Notes: generated by a model from the letters alone, not told the origin. A stretch of DNA of 39,824 nt from an uncultured Gemmatimonadota bacterium (GCA_964470965.1 CAYYIS010000045.1:1-39824), one strand, 5' to 3'; shown: positions 1 through 9,366, counted from the first letter of the stretch. Program-made: numbers and translations.

Positions 1-60
1 GTGGCCGTAATTGCCCCGGCCCGTGCTGCCGATAACGCCGGCACGGTAACGTTTAGACAT
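1..60 (-). CDS. Gfo/Idh/MocA-family NAD(P) oxidoreductase, N-terminal fragment only (gene continues beyond window start)
   Basis: The minus strand reads ATG TCT AAA CGT TAC CGT GCC GGC GTT ATC GGC AGC ACG GGC CGG GGC AAT TAC GGC CAC, giving MSKRYRAGVIGSTGRGNYGH. This is a typical Rossmann GxIGxG N-terminus of Gfo/Idh/MocA enzymes. A GGAGG-like SD (revcomp of ctcctc at 70-75) lies about 10 nt upstream. The ORF track omits it because it is truncated. Confidence 0.5.
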   Translation of the reverse strand, partial: MSKRYRAGVIGSTGRGNYGH

Positions 61-61
61 A

Positions 62-1186
62 TTAGTACTCCTCTAATGTCAATGTCCTGAATTTATCGGC
101 GTCCCATTCAGCGCCCCACCCGGGATTATCGTTCGGAGCGAGGGAACCCTCTGATATTTTAGGTGCATTGGTCATTCCCCATTGCAATCCTATGGTGTAG
201 GGATCATCGATGCCTGTTTCATAGAAATCTGTATTGTCGATAGAACATCCCAAATGTGCGTGGATATGACCGAACAGGCCTCCCTGGGCATTCATCTCAA
301 TGTTGGTGTCATACATCTCGGCAAAATGGGCCATTTTCAAAACCTGAGTGGTCCCATTTCGGGCGTTGGCTCGCAAACGGTCGGTTGCGCCGTGCATCAG
401 CCACTGGGTCGAGATTCCCATGTCATGCATCAGCATCTCGTTTGCCATGACCGGGATTCTTAACTCACTGCATAATTTCTGGTACTGGTGCATTTTCTGT
501 TCATGCATCGGTTCCTCAAGCCATACAAAATCCATGTCCTCCATAGCATGACCGACCTGAATAGCTTCATCTAGGGTATATGAACAGACAGGGTCGTTAA
601 TCAAAACAAACTCATCTCCTACCTGGTTGCGGACAGCCTCGAAGATCTTTATATCGGCTTGGCCACCTTTGTAGCTGTGAAATTTGTAAGCGGATATGCC
701 GAGTTTCAGCCTGCCTTCATCGATATGGTCCAGGTATCCTTCGAGCGGCATATCTCCTCCGGTCAAATAAACCGGGAAGCGGTCCCTGACTCTCCCGATG
801 AGCGCATGAACCGGTAAGCCGGCTGCTTTACCTGCGATGTCCCAGAGGCAATTGTCGAAATCACCAAACCACCCTGGCGGCTGATATACCCAGCGGGTTC
901 CTTTGTAGAGCATTTGAAAGAGATGTTCTCGGTGCAGAGGATTCTGTCCAATAGCATGGCGTCTTAATATGTCAATCTGCACGTGCCCCATGGTGGTGGT
1001 GCACAACCCTTCGATACCCTCATCAGTAATGACTTTGATGAAATTCTGGCGGGCATGGCCGCTGACCTGGGTTCCCTTGTGGGTGTACTGAGTGCGAAAT
1101 AGTCCTGGTACGCGCACTATGTTCTGGCCCGCTTTTTTCTGATCTGGATCTTCGAGGATGATGAGCTGGATTTTCTGGATTTTCAT
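62..1186 (-). CDS. Enolase-superfamily enzyme (mandelate racemase / muconate lactonizing enzyme-like dehydratase or epimerase)
   Basis: ORF 62..1249, trimmed to the internal Met MKIQKIQLIILEDP. This is the classic MR/MLE N-terminal beta-strand start, preceded by the SD caGGAGAg. The barrel domain carries WLEEP and ANEM metal-ligand-like motifs. The start overlaps the stop of the upstream gene as ATGA. Confidence 0.85.
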   Translation of the reverse strand: MKIQKIQLIILEDPDQKKAGQNIVRVPGLFRTQYTHKGTQVSGHARQNFIKVITDEGIEGLCTTTMGHVQIDILRRHAIGQNPLHREHLFQMLYKGTRWVYQPPGWFGDFDNCLWDIAGKAAGLPVHALIGRVRDRFPVYLTGGDMPLEGYLDHIDEGRLKLGISAYKFHSYKGGQADIKIFEAVRNQVGDEFVLINDPVCSYTLDEAIQVGHAMEDMDFVWLEEPMHEQKMHQYQKLCSELRIPVMANEMLMHDMGISTQWLMHGATDRLRANARNGTTQVLKMAHFAEMYDTNIEMNAQGGLFGHIHAHLGCSIDNTDFYETGIDDPYTIGLQWGMTNAPKISEGSLAPNDNPGWGAEWDADKFRTLTLEEY

Positions 1187-2184
1187 TGACTCTCCTGTAC
1201 GGCTTTCCCGGCGACCTGCCGCTGGGCTGCTATAATCCTGTCCTCCCAATCGATTGCGTCGGAGTTGGGAATGCGTCCCTCCCTGTCGAGCGCTCCGATA
1301 ACACGTGACATACCCTCCGCAAGAGAGACGCGCGGTTGGAACTCAGGAACATCACGGAACAGGCGTTCGGCGCTGTACAGGGTATTGTGGGCGAAAATAT
1401 CCCTGCAGATACCGCTGTTCGGTATATCAAACTTCATGAGATCCTGCAGTGGAACACCTACAAGACTCACTTCGTTACCAAGCACCTGCATCGCAGTCTT
1501 ATGATGCGTTTCCCACGTAACGAAGCCCCGATTGACCATGTTGTAGGTTTGGCCGATACAGTCCAGCCTGCCGACTATGTTGGCAAAACAGAGCGCCGCA
1601 TCTTCCACATGCATGAATTGATGCAGTGCTTTCCCGTCTCCGCAAATGAGTATTGGCTTACCCTTTCGAATCCGGTCAATCCAGCTGTGGTCGAAAGCGA
1701 TCTGGCGCAACAATCCCATCTTCGGGCCGTAAGTGGTGGACGGTTTGATGATCGTAACCGGAAAACCTCCACCGTGGCAGGCCTCCAGAAACACTTTGTC
1801 TGCGGCAACCTTTTTCCTGCCGTAATCGCTGATAGGTCGAAGAGGATGATCTTCGGTTACCGGCAGCCAGTCATAGTCTACGCCGTATGTACAGACGGTG
1901 GAACAGTGTATGAAATGACCCACATCCCGAAATGCCCGGACGCTGCTTTCGGCATCCTCCCGATCAAAACAGATCATATCGATTGCCGCATCAAACGATT
2001 CCTGCTGCATCGCCTGTTCGAATTCCGCTCGATCATTCCGATCACCATGAATTACCCGAACTCCTTCAGGAACATCGCCGCTCACCCCCCGATTGTAGCA
2101 AGTGACCTCGTGTCCGATTTCTACCAGAAGGTTCACAATCGGCATACTGATATTACCCGTACCTCCAACGATGCACACCCGCAT
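1183..2184 (-). CDS. NAD-dependent epimerase/dehydratase (extended SDR family)
   Basis: MRVCIVGGTGNIS is a GxxGxxG Rossmann N-terminus of about 330 aa typical of NAD-dependent epimerase/dehydratases. There is an ATG start with a GAGG SD. The stop overlaps the enolase start (ATGA). Confidence 0.85.
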   Translation of the reverse strand: MRVCIVGGTGNISMPIVNLLVEIGHEVTCYNRGVSGDVPEGVRVIHGDRNDRAEFEQAMQQESFDAAIDMICFDREDAESSVRAFRDVGHFIHCSTVCTYGVDYDWLPVTEDHPLRPISDYGRKKVAADKVFLEACHGGGFPVTIIKPSTTYGPKMGLLRQIAFDHSWIDRIRKGKPILICGDGKALHQFMHVEDAALCFANIVGRLDCIGQTYNMVNRGFVTWETHHKTAMQVLGNEVSLVGVPLQDLMKFDIPNSGICRDIFAHNTLYSAERLFRDVPEFQPRVSLAEGMSRVIGALDREGRIPNSDAIDWEDRIIAAQRQVAGKAVQESQ

Positions 2185-2248
2185 GACAACCTCGCTTTTC
2201 CCCTGCGGTAAACCTGCAGTTAGCCAACTGGCTGTGAACTCCTCAAAT

Positions 2249-3289
2249 TCAATCCCAGGGTAAGGCGACCCCTAATCTCTTCCCGACCTCTTTAGCACTG
2301 TTTTGTTCCAACTCACCGTAACGTATCCCCTCTTCACGGTGAAGCGCATACCTCTGCTCTTCTATTGCGCCGGGGAACAACGGTTCGTCATAACCAGGCA
2401 TGGGCGCGTAAGTGTCACGAACATCTCGTACCAGACGGTCGACTTCTTCCCGGTATGTTGATTCGTCCACGAAAGACCCGATGTGTATCGCCAGCACCAT
2501 TCCTCCATGCCTCGCCCCTTCCCACCGGTCTTCGATCTCGTCGCCGGATGGTGAGGAAAATCCCGTCAGTGCCCCGCCAAGGATGGTGGCTACAGCACCG
2601 TAACCGATACTTTTAAAAAAAGCCGCGGGTATCCTGGTCATCAGGTCGTCAAATTCCGGGCTCTTCTGATAATCGGCCAGTATCCGCGTGGCCACGTCCT
2701 GTACAACCGGTGGTTCTTCACCCGAGGGCATACCGAAGCTGAGCGGCGGATTACCGAAATATCCTATCTGCGGTCTGACATTGGCCTTCCGGGCCTCGCT
2801 CTGGTGCCGGAATCCTTTATCCTTCCTGGCATCTCCCTGGTTCCGGTAACCCTGCACTGAAAACCCGATACAGCCTTCCTCCATGCACATCCGTGTATAA
2901 TGACCGGCGGAACCATAGTGACCGATATGACGAACCAGGCCGATCCCAAGGCCCAATGCCTTGGCTTTGGCAATGGCTGTCTCCGTTGCGCTCACCATGG
3001 GCAGATAGCCAAGGGTACCATCACCATCCAGTACTATCCCCGTAGGCAACTCGTGAATTTTCCGGATATTCGGCAGCGGGTTACTCTTGCCCTCCTCGAA
3101 TGCAAGGCAATATCCGTTAACCGCTCGCGTCCCGTGGGTGCGGACACCTCTCAAGTCTGAATTAACAAGCAGGCGACTGATGGTAGCGGCATGGTCGTGA
3201 GTAAGTCCCGCTTTTTCGAAACATGAAACGGCAAAATTCAAAAGCCGGTGTTCATCAACAGTAAGAAATTCTTCAGGTGGTCTGTTCAC
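2249..3289 (-). CDS. Ldh_2 family (malate/L-lactate/sulfolactate/Pyr2C-reductase type) NAD(P)H-dependent dehydrogenase
   Basis: The N-terminal motif LLVNSDLRGVRTHGT matches the Ldh_2 signature LVEADLRGxxSHGV. Length of 346 aa is typical. It has a GTG start with a GAGAGGA SD. Confidence 0.8.
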   Translation of the reverse strand: MNRPPEEFLTVDEHRLLNFAVSCFEKAGLTHDHAATISRLLVNSDLRGVRTHGTRAVNGYCLAFEEGKSNPLPNIRKIHELPTGIVLDGDGTLGYLPMVSATETAIAKAKALGLGIGLVRHIGHYGSAGHYTRMCMEEGCIGFSVQGYRNQGDARKDKGFRHQSEARKANVRPQIGYFGNPPLSFGMPSGEEPPVVQDVATRILADYQKSPEFDDLMTRIPAAFFKSIGYGAVATILGGALTGFSSPSGDEIEDRWEGARHGGMVLAIHIGSFVDESTYREEVDRLVRDVRDTYAPMPGYDEPLFPGAIEEQRYALHREEGIRYGELEQNSAKEVGKRLGVALPWD

Positions 3290-3343
3290 GGGTATATCCT
3301 CTCATCCCTCTGGAAACACAAAGGTAGATCGTTCCCGGGCGGA

Positions 3344-4090
3344 TTATAACGTCCAGGCAAAGACGTTGGCAAATACGAGTAAAACAAGGATAGAAACATC
3401 TAAAGTACGAAATGAAAACGACAGGAATTCCGTTCTCCTCCCCTGCATCCCGAATCCTTTAGATTCAAGTGCCATGGAGAGAAGATCCGTGTCCCGGATG
3501 GCATACACGAAAATTGGTACCAGGAGCGGAACATACTTACGGGCCCTCTGTAACACATTACCACTATGGATATCCAAACCCCTGGATTGCTGTGCCTGAA
3601 CGATTATTCCGATTCGGGTGAAAAACAACGGTACCAATCGGAATGCGAGAGATAGGGCAAAACTGACCGGGAACGGAAGTCCTATCGCCCGAAGCCCATA
3701 TGCAAATTCTTCCACTTTCGTACTCGAAACGAAAACCATGCCGGACAATAACATGGTATCCAAACGAAAACCCATTGCCAGTCCGTATTCTATCGATTCC
3801 CGCGATAACGACAATGGTCCGAAAGACCAGAAAGGCACTCCCAGCTTTTTGAACAGTGACCAGGTAATACAGCTGAATGCCATGATAGTGATAATCAGCG
3901 GAAGAACACGCCGGACATTCCTCATCGATTTCGAATGCCAGGCCAGCAACAGAACACCGAGAAGGATCGGTAATTGCTGCCAAGGGGATACAAATGCAAC
4001 GGTCATGATCAAGAGAAGAATCAATCCGATGATTTTGGTCGTGGGATGTAACCTGTGGAGCGTCGTGTTTTGTGGTAAATAGAGGAACAT
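3344..4090 (-). CDS. ecfT: ECF transporter transmembrane (T) component, EcfT/CbiQ family
   Basis: A polytopic membrane protein of 248 aa with LHRLHPTTKI near the N-terminus, matching the EcfT LHRLDPRTK motif. A C-terminal A-x-x-x-(R/K)-G coupling motif is present (ALESKGFG). The gene sits 3 nt downstream of the ECF ATPase gene. Confidence 0.85.
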   Translation of the reverse strand: MFLYLPQNTTLHRLHPTTKIIGLILLLIMTVAFVSPWQQLPILLGVLLLAWHSKSMRNVRRVLPLIITIMAFSCITWSLFKKLGVPFWSFGPLSLSRESIEYGLAMGFRLDTMLLSGMVFVSSTKVEEFAYGLRAIGLPFPVSFALSLAFRLVPLFFTRIGIIVQAQQSRGLDIHSGNVLQRARKYVPLLVPIFVYAIRDTDLLSMALESKGFGMQGRRTEFLSFSFRTLDVSILVLLVFANVFAWTL

Positions 4091-4093
4091 CGG

Positions 4094-5779
4094 TTATGCT
4101 TTCTCAAGGCACTGAATCAACTCATCGACCGACCTGACCGTGAGTCCGAAGCCCTGCCCCAATCGGACTGCCTCCGGAGCTTCCAGCATAATAGAGGAGA
4201 GCAACTCCTTGTCCTCGAAGCACTCCCGCACGGGACTGTCAGAAATAACCTTACCTTCGAACATCATAATACATCGACTCGCATATTCCGCAACCACCCA
4301 CATGGAATGGGTGACCATAATAACGGTGCGCCCGGAACGGTTCAGACGCTGGATAAGGTCAAGGATCACACGCTGGCCATGATAGTCCAGGCCCGTTGTG
4401 GGCTCGTCCAGGATCAGGATGTCAGGATCTGTGGCCAGGACGGACGCCACGGCAAGCTGCTGGCGTTCCCCTTTGGTCAGGCTGAATGGATCGTCATCAC
4501 CGCGGTTTGCCAGACCCACCACATTGAGCGCTTCGTCAGTCCTCCTTTCGATTTCCTCAGGAGGGAGGCCATAATTAGCGGGTCCGAAGGATACTTCTTC
4601 CGTTATTGTGTTCGCGAAAATCTGATGATCAGGATTTTGAAAAACATAGCCGACGCGGATACCCAACTCCGACAGCGTCCAATCGTCCGTGATTTTACCG
4701 AGGATTTCTATTGATCCGCCGGTAGGCTGGTGCAGCCCGTTGAAGTGTTTAACAAGGGTTGTTTTGCCACAACCATTTTGACCTACGACTGCAATGAATT
4801 CACCCTTATAAATTTCCAATGATACCTCGTCGACTGCCGCGGGACCGGTGGCATACCGATGGGTCAGGTTGTTAACTTTAATCACAGGTTCGTCGCGGGC
4901 TGGGACGGGGTCGTTTGACTTGAGCCGTTCGGTGGCCTGTTCAGAGACCCGCCATCCTGCCGATTTAATATTCGAGATCGCATCTTTTTCATGGATAGAG
5001 TCTATCGGTATTTCGAGAGCCTGGAGTAATACGGCGGTCTGCAGAGGGCGGATGCCGTGAGATTCCAGAAGATTGGGTTCTTTCAGAAGATCCGCGGGTT
5101 TACCCTCTATAGATACATTCCCATCAGCCATAATCACGAGTCGATCCGCTGTGAGGACGTGGTCCGTCTCATGGTCTACCAGGATGATCCCCTCGATCTC
5201 ATCGCACAGGTCCCTCGCCAGTTGAAACACCTCGCGTTTTCCGATGGGATCCAGGTCGGTTGTCGGTTCATCCATCACTAGGACGGTGGGCCTGCTGACG
5301 AGCACAGACGCGATTGCCAGCCTCTGTTTTTCTCCACCGGAGAGCGTGGACGGGTCCCGGTTCTTAAAACTGCTCAGGCCGACGCGGTCCAGAGCAGCGT
5401 CAACTCTCGGAGACATATCCTCTCTCGGGACGGCGAAGTTTTCAAGGGCGAACGCGACTTCCAGTTCTACATTGGTAGAGAACAACTGTGCCTCGAAGTC
5501 CTGAAAGACGAGACCGATGCGACGGGCGGTTTCATAGACGCGCCGATGGTTTATCTCCTCGCCAAACAGTGATATTACACCTGTTAGGTCGCCCTTTGTG
5601 AAAGATGGTATCAGGCCGTTAAGGCACCTGCACAAGGTTGACTTTCCGACACCCGTTGCGCCCATTATGGCGATAAATTCACCTGGCGCTTGGGTGTAGT
5701 TTACCGACCGCAGCGCAGCGGCATCCGCCTCGCGGTAAGTAAAGGTGAGGTCCCGTATGTCGATGATCGGTTTTGTCAA
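4094..5779 (-). CDS. ecfA: Fused duplicated ECF-type ABC ATPase (EcfA-EcfA' in one polypeptide)
   Basis: There are two complete ABC nucleotide-binding domains. The Walker A motifs are GATGVGKST and GQNGCGKTT, the signatures are LSGGEKQRL and LTKGERQQL, and the Walker B/D-loops are LVMDEPT and LILDEPT. The start is TTG. Confidence 0.9.
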   Translation of the reverse strand: MTKPIIDIRDLTFTYREADAAALRSVNYTQAPGEFIAIMGATGVGKSTLCRCLNGLIPSFTKGDLTGVISLFGEEINHRRVYETARRIGLVFQDFEAQLFSTNVELEVAFALENFAVPREDMSPRVDAALDRVGLSSFKNRDPSTLSGGEKQRLAIASVLVSRPTVLVMDEPTTDLDPIGKREVFQLARDLCDEIEGIILVDHETDHVLTADRLVIMADGNVSIEGKPADLLKEPNLLESHGIRPLQTAVLLQALEIPIDSIHEKDAISNIKSAGWRVSEQATERLKSNDPVPARDEPVIKVNNLTHRYATGPAAVDEVSLEIYKGEFIAVVGQNGCGKTTLVKHFNGLHQPTGGSIEILGKITDDWTLSELGIRVGYVFQNPDHQIFANTITEEVSFGPANYGLPPEEIERRTDEALNVVGLANRGDDDPFSLTKGERQQLAVASVLATDPDILILDEPTTGLDYHGQRVILDLIQRLNRSGRTVIMVTHSMWVVAEYASRCIMMFEGKVISDSPVRECFEDKELLSSIMLEAPEAVRLGQGFGLTVRSVDELIQCLEKA

Positions 5780-6161
5780 TGAAGGATTTGGGTTGACAAT
5801 GATTTATAGGAGCAAAATCAGGAACATAAATTTGGCTGTGATTTCCAGCATAGAATAAATGGCGGATTGGCCGGTGTCAAGCTGTAAACCCGGGTACCTT
5901 TAATGCTGTTTCACATGCTGTGAGCGGTAAATCAGTGGCAGGACAGTATCGAATTTCGGCCGCTGGTGTTTCAAAGGTTTCCACCGGGGGCCGGGGCAGC
6001 AGATTCAAGAGACGACGGGGCGGATGCGAGCGGTGAGGCCAGTGCCGTCGGAGCAGAATTGAGCACCGCGCAAAAATCCTGTACTGGATCCCAGGCCGGA
6101 TAGCATGGAAAGTCAAGAGGAAATGGTAATAACTACTGACACAAGCAGTTAGAAAAGTTGT

Positions 6162-6905
6162 TTAAAGTAATTCTTCACTCCCGATCGTCGGGCACCAGAA
6201 TTTTTCGATAAACTCAATCACCAGCCTCGTGCCTTCCTCGTGGCTGACATAGGGGGGGCTGGCAGGATTGTACATCGTGTCAGTAAGATCCCTTATCAAC
6301 GCCGCATGGATTCCCCAACGAATCATCTGTTTTATCCCAAAAGACCTGTGCAATACACACATATTAGTATGGACGCCCATGATGAGCAGTTTGTCAATTC
6401 CCTTATGCTGGAAAAGGTTGTATATCTCTTCACCACTGTCGGAGATAATGTCCAGGGATTGGTCTATCTCGATTGCCGGGTGCTGTCTCGTCCAGACTTG
6501 AACCGCTTCCTCCTCCTCCGTATCACAGCCTTCGTCGGAAGCGTCTACCGGCAATGGCGGATCATCGTGTTCCAGGTTTTCCGGCGGGGTTACAGACGGG
6601 TATTCTGCCATGCGCTCACGGGCCGGATGACCGGTGTAGAATTCCATCGTACCAGAGGGCGAGTGAATAATCTGGATGCCCCGGTCCCTGGAGGATCCGA
6701 CCACGTCATTCATCCTGTCCAACATCTTGTCGAGCCGTTCCCTGGCACCACGGCACCAGTGCCGGTCCCACACGTCACAGAGCAACAAGGCGGTATCGGC
6801 GATGGGCACTTCAACCTGTTTGGTCACCGTTTCCCAGAGGGTATAGCCTTCCCGCTTAGTCAAATCCTGGCGACGCAGGGCCAGTTTGAGAGTATCTTCA
6901 GACAT
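6162..6905 (-). CDS. Isochorismatase-family (cysteine hydrolase) protein with an acidic insert
   Basis: LLLCDVWDRHW and LLIMGVHTNMCVL match the isochorismatase-family beta-strand and catalytic Cys region. The start was chosen at MSEDTLKL (ATG at 6905), which has an AGGGGA SD and lies 20 nt after the IlvD/EDD stop. The longer ORF to 6995 would overlap the upstream gene. Confidence 0.75.
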   Translation of the reverse strand: MSEDTLKLALRRQDLTKREGYTLWETVTKQVEVPIADTALLLCDVWDRHWCRGARERLDKMLDRMNDVVGSSRDRGIQIIHSPSGTMEFYTGHPARERMAEYPSVTPPENLEHDDPPLPVDASDEGCDTEEEEAVQVWTRQHPAIEIDQSLDIISDSGEEIYNLFQHKGIDKLLIMGVHTNMCVLHRSFGIKQMIRWGIHAALIRDLTDTMYNPASPPYVSHEEGTRLVIEFIEKFWCPTIGSEELL

Positions 6906-6925
6906 AACTTCCCCTTTCAAAAAGT

Positions 6926-8635
6926 CTAAACCAGAAAATCCATATCTGCCCCTAAATGAGCCTGGTTTACATGCTCGGCATAGAGACGGCGCCAACCTCT
7001 CCGGGGTAACGGGGACGTCCTTCCGGATGGCATACGGGCGTCAATTTCTTTCCCGGACAAGCAGAGATTGACCACGTGTCGGTCTACATTCAATTCGATG
7101 AGGTCCCCATCCTCTACGATCCCGATAGGACCGCCGACGGCTGCCTCCGGGGAGCAATGAAGCACTACAGTGCCATATGCCGTCCCGCTCATCCGCGCAT
7201 CGGACACACGCACCATATCTTTGACGCCTTCAGCGGCCAGGTATTTGGGTATCGGCAGGTAACCCGCCTCGGGCATTCCGCATCCCACCGGACCTGCATT
7301 ACGCAAGATCAGGACATGGTCCGGCGTGATGTTCAATGAGGGATCGTCGATACGGTTCGCCACATCGTCCGGAGAGTCGAAAACAACTGCAGGACCCTTA
7401 TGATTGAGCAACTGGGGAGAAGCGGCGGCCTGTTTTATGATTGCTCCATCCGGTGCGAGAGAACCGCGGAGGACCGCCAGGGAGCCAGTACCTCCCAAGG
7501 GGGTCGCCAAGGAATGTATAACATCCTGCCAGTCGCCCGGAGGACTTGTTGCATCAAGCAATTCAGCCAGTGGCTGTCCGGTTACGGTGATCGCGGATGT
7601 ATCGAGATGAGGCTCTAACACCTTCAACAAGGCTGGTATTCCCCCCGCATTGTGGAGATCTTCCATGTACTGGGTACCGGCCGGCTCACAATTCACGAGC
7701 AGGGGAATCCGGGATGAGATCTCATTGAAATCGTCAAGGGATAGATCGACGCCAAGCCTGCGCGCGATGGCGATCAGATGAATAACTGCGTTCGTGGATC
7801 CGCTCAGGGCTGCGAGGACGGCTATGGCGTTGCGGAAAGCCGCGCCTGTCATGATCGTCGACGGCTTCAGGCCGGAATTCGCCAATTCAACCGCGATTCT
7901 CCCGCTTTCTACCGCGATGCGCAGCCGGTCACCGGACCCGGAAGGGGGGGCGGCCCCCCCGGGCAGCATCATGCCGAGGGTTTCCACCAGGCTGGCCATG
8001 GTCGACGCCGTACCCATCACCATACAGGTGCCGCCCGTGGGGCAGAGCGATTGTTCTACCCCGGCAATTTCCTTATCGGTGGTTTCCCCGCCGCGGTACT
8101 GCATCCAGTATCTCCTGCAATCCGTACAGGCTCCGATGCGATCACCCTGCCAGGAGCCTGTGCGCATCGGACCTGTGACCACTGATATAGCCGGAATATC
8201 TGCTGATGCGGCAGCCATCAACTGTGCGGGAACCGTCTTGTCACATCCCCCTGCGAGTACAACTGCATCCATCGGTTGCGCCCTGATCATTTCTTCGGTG
8301 TCCATGGCCAGGAGGTTTCGGAACATCATCGTTGTCGGGGAAAACAGGATCTCGGCGAGGGAAATGGTAGGAAAGACGAGAGGCAACCCACCCGCCTGTG
8401 AAACACCGCGTTTAATCGCCTCGATTACCCCGGGCATATCCCGGTGGCACGTGGTGTAATCCGATGAGGTGTCGGCGATACCGATTATAGGGCGGGACAG
8501 ATCTTTGCCATCAAACCCGGAAGAGGCCAGGAATGCCCTTCGGATGTATCTACTGAACCCCGGATCCCCGTATGATGTCAGGTTCCGGTCTATACCTCGT
8601 GGCTCTTCAGATAAGTCATGGGATGCCACTGTCAC
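6926..8635 (-). CDS. IlvD/EDD-family dehydratase (dihydroxy-acid / sugar-acid dehydratase, arabonate/xylonate-dehydratase-like)
   Basis: PIIGIADTSSDY, CDKTVP and SGSTN motifs are present and the length is 569 aa. The start is GTG, and its GTGA overlaps the stop of the PhyH gene. Confidence 0.9.
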   Translation of the reverse strand: MTVASHDLSEEPRGIDRNLTSYGDPGFSRYIRRAFLASSGFDGKDLSRPIIGIADTSSDYTTCHRDMPGVIEAIKRGVSQAGGLPLVFPTISLAEILFSPTTMMFRNLLAMDTEEMIRAQPMDAVVLAGGCDKTVPAQLMAAASADIPAISVVTGPMRTGSWQGDRIGACTDCRRYWMQYRGGETTDKEIAGVEQSLCPTGGTCMVMGTASTMASLVETLGMMLPGGAAPPSGSGDRLRIAVESGRIAVELANSGLKPSTIMTGAAFRNAIAVLAALSGSTNAVIHLIAIARRLGVDLSLDDFNEISSRIPLLVNCEPAGTQYMEDLHNAGGIPALLKVLEPHLDTSAITVTGQPLAELLDATSPPGDWQDVIHSLATPLGGTGSLAVLRGSLAPDGAIIKQAAASPQLLNHKGPAVVFDSPDDVANRIDDPSLNITPDHVLILRNAGPVGCGMPEAGYLPIPKYLAAEGVKDMVRVSDARMSGTAYGTVVLHCSPEAAVGGPIGIVEDGDLIELNVDRHVVNLCLSGKEIDARMPSGRTSPLPRRGWRRLYAEHVNQAHLGADMDFLV

Positions 8636-9366
8636 ACTCCGTTCATAACCGAGAGGGGCTGCCTCAGATGTTTCATCCGTTCATCACCTGCAGTCTCTAC
8701 CAGGCGATCCCACATCAGATCGTCTTTTTTGCCGGGAAGACGACGTCTGAGAAACTCCATATCCTCATTGGTTTCACAATGGGCACAGGCCACTATGTTA
8801 AGCATACGCCGCCGGTTTCCCCCCTTCAGCGAATTGTGGAGAGTCGACTGGTTGAAGACCATCACATCGCCGGGGATGTTGTCGGGAGCAGTGCAGGGTA
8901 CCTCTTCATCCGATATTCCCCACAGGGCTTCCGTGTCGAGATTCCCTACCCATCTTTGTTTTTGGGACCCGGGTACTATCCGAAGGGCGCCGGAATCTCT
9001 GGTCAGGGGATCCAGGTACATGGCCCATTTTAATTGCACGACGGGGGCATCATGACAGTCCGGATGCCACATGCTGTCACCGACATACATGTCCGCACCA
9101 CTGCCCAGGTAATTGTAATTATCACCCAGGAGACCGGAAAGCAGACTGACCACTTTCGGGTTGTCCAGGAGGTCGAAAAAGCGTTCATTTCTTTCAACGA
9201 TCTTACCCAGGCTTGATCGTTTGGTCCCGTCGTGCTCGATCCGGCTGTCAGCAAATGCCCGCTCGTACTCTTCGATAATCCAGTCTACCTCCTGGGCCAT
9301 CAATCCAGGCAGGAAAATATAGCCGAAGTCGTCAAAAAATCTCTTGTGTTGATCTGTCAGCTTCAC
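8632..9366 (-). CDS. Phytanoyl-CoA dioxygenase (PhyH) family Fe(II)/2-oxoglutarate oxygenase
   Basis: A PhyH-like N-terminus (MKLTDQHKRFFDDFGYIFL) and a HxD metal motif (WHPDCHD). The start is GTG with a GGAGAGGA SD. Confidence 0.8.
   Translation of the reverse strand: MKLTDQHKRFFDDFGYIFLPGLMAQEVDWIIEEYERAFADSRIEHDGTKRSSLGKIVERNERFFDLLDNPKVVSLLSGLLGDNYNYLGSGADMYVGDSMWHPDCHDAPVVQLKWAMYLDPLTRDSGALRIVPGSQKQRWVGNLDTEALWGISDEEVPCTAPDNIPGDVMVFNQSTLHNSLKGGNRRRMLNIVACAHCETNEDMEFLRRRLPGKKDDLMWDRLVETAGDERMKHLRQPLSVMNGV

Noticed and set aside
1336-2211. Long antisense ORFs overlapping confident genes, for example 1336..2211 (+), 6240..6929 (+), 7794..8459 (+), 15770..16474 (+), 3564..3983 (-) and 35617..36195 (-)
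   Set aside because: They lie entirely inside genes with strong family signatures on the opposite strand or in another frame. They have no recognisable motifs, and they show a biased, shadow-ORF-like composition (R/P/G/S-rich).
2249-3289. Apparent low-complexity insertion (QGYRNQGDARKDKGFRHQSEARKANVRPQ...) in the Ldh_2 dehydrogenase
   Set aside because: The overall length of 346 aa is normal for the family. The segment probably corresponds to a variable surface loop and not to an insertion.
5940-5990. GCCACTG heptamer and GGTGGAAACC on the minus-strand leader of ecfAA', reminiscent of the cobalamin-riboswitch B12 box and P4 region
   Set aside because: The two elements are about 45 nt apart instead of the roughly 10 to 15 nt of the consensus, and no AGGGAA element precedes them. 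The resemblance is too thin to call a riboswitch without a covariance-model search.
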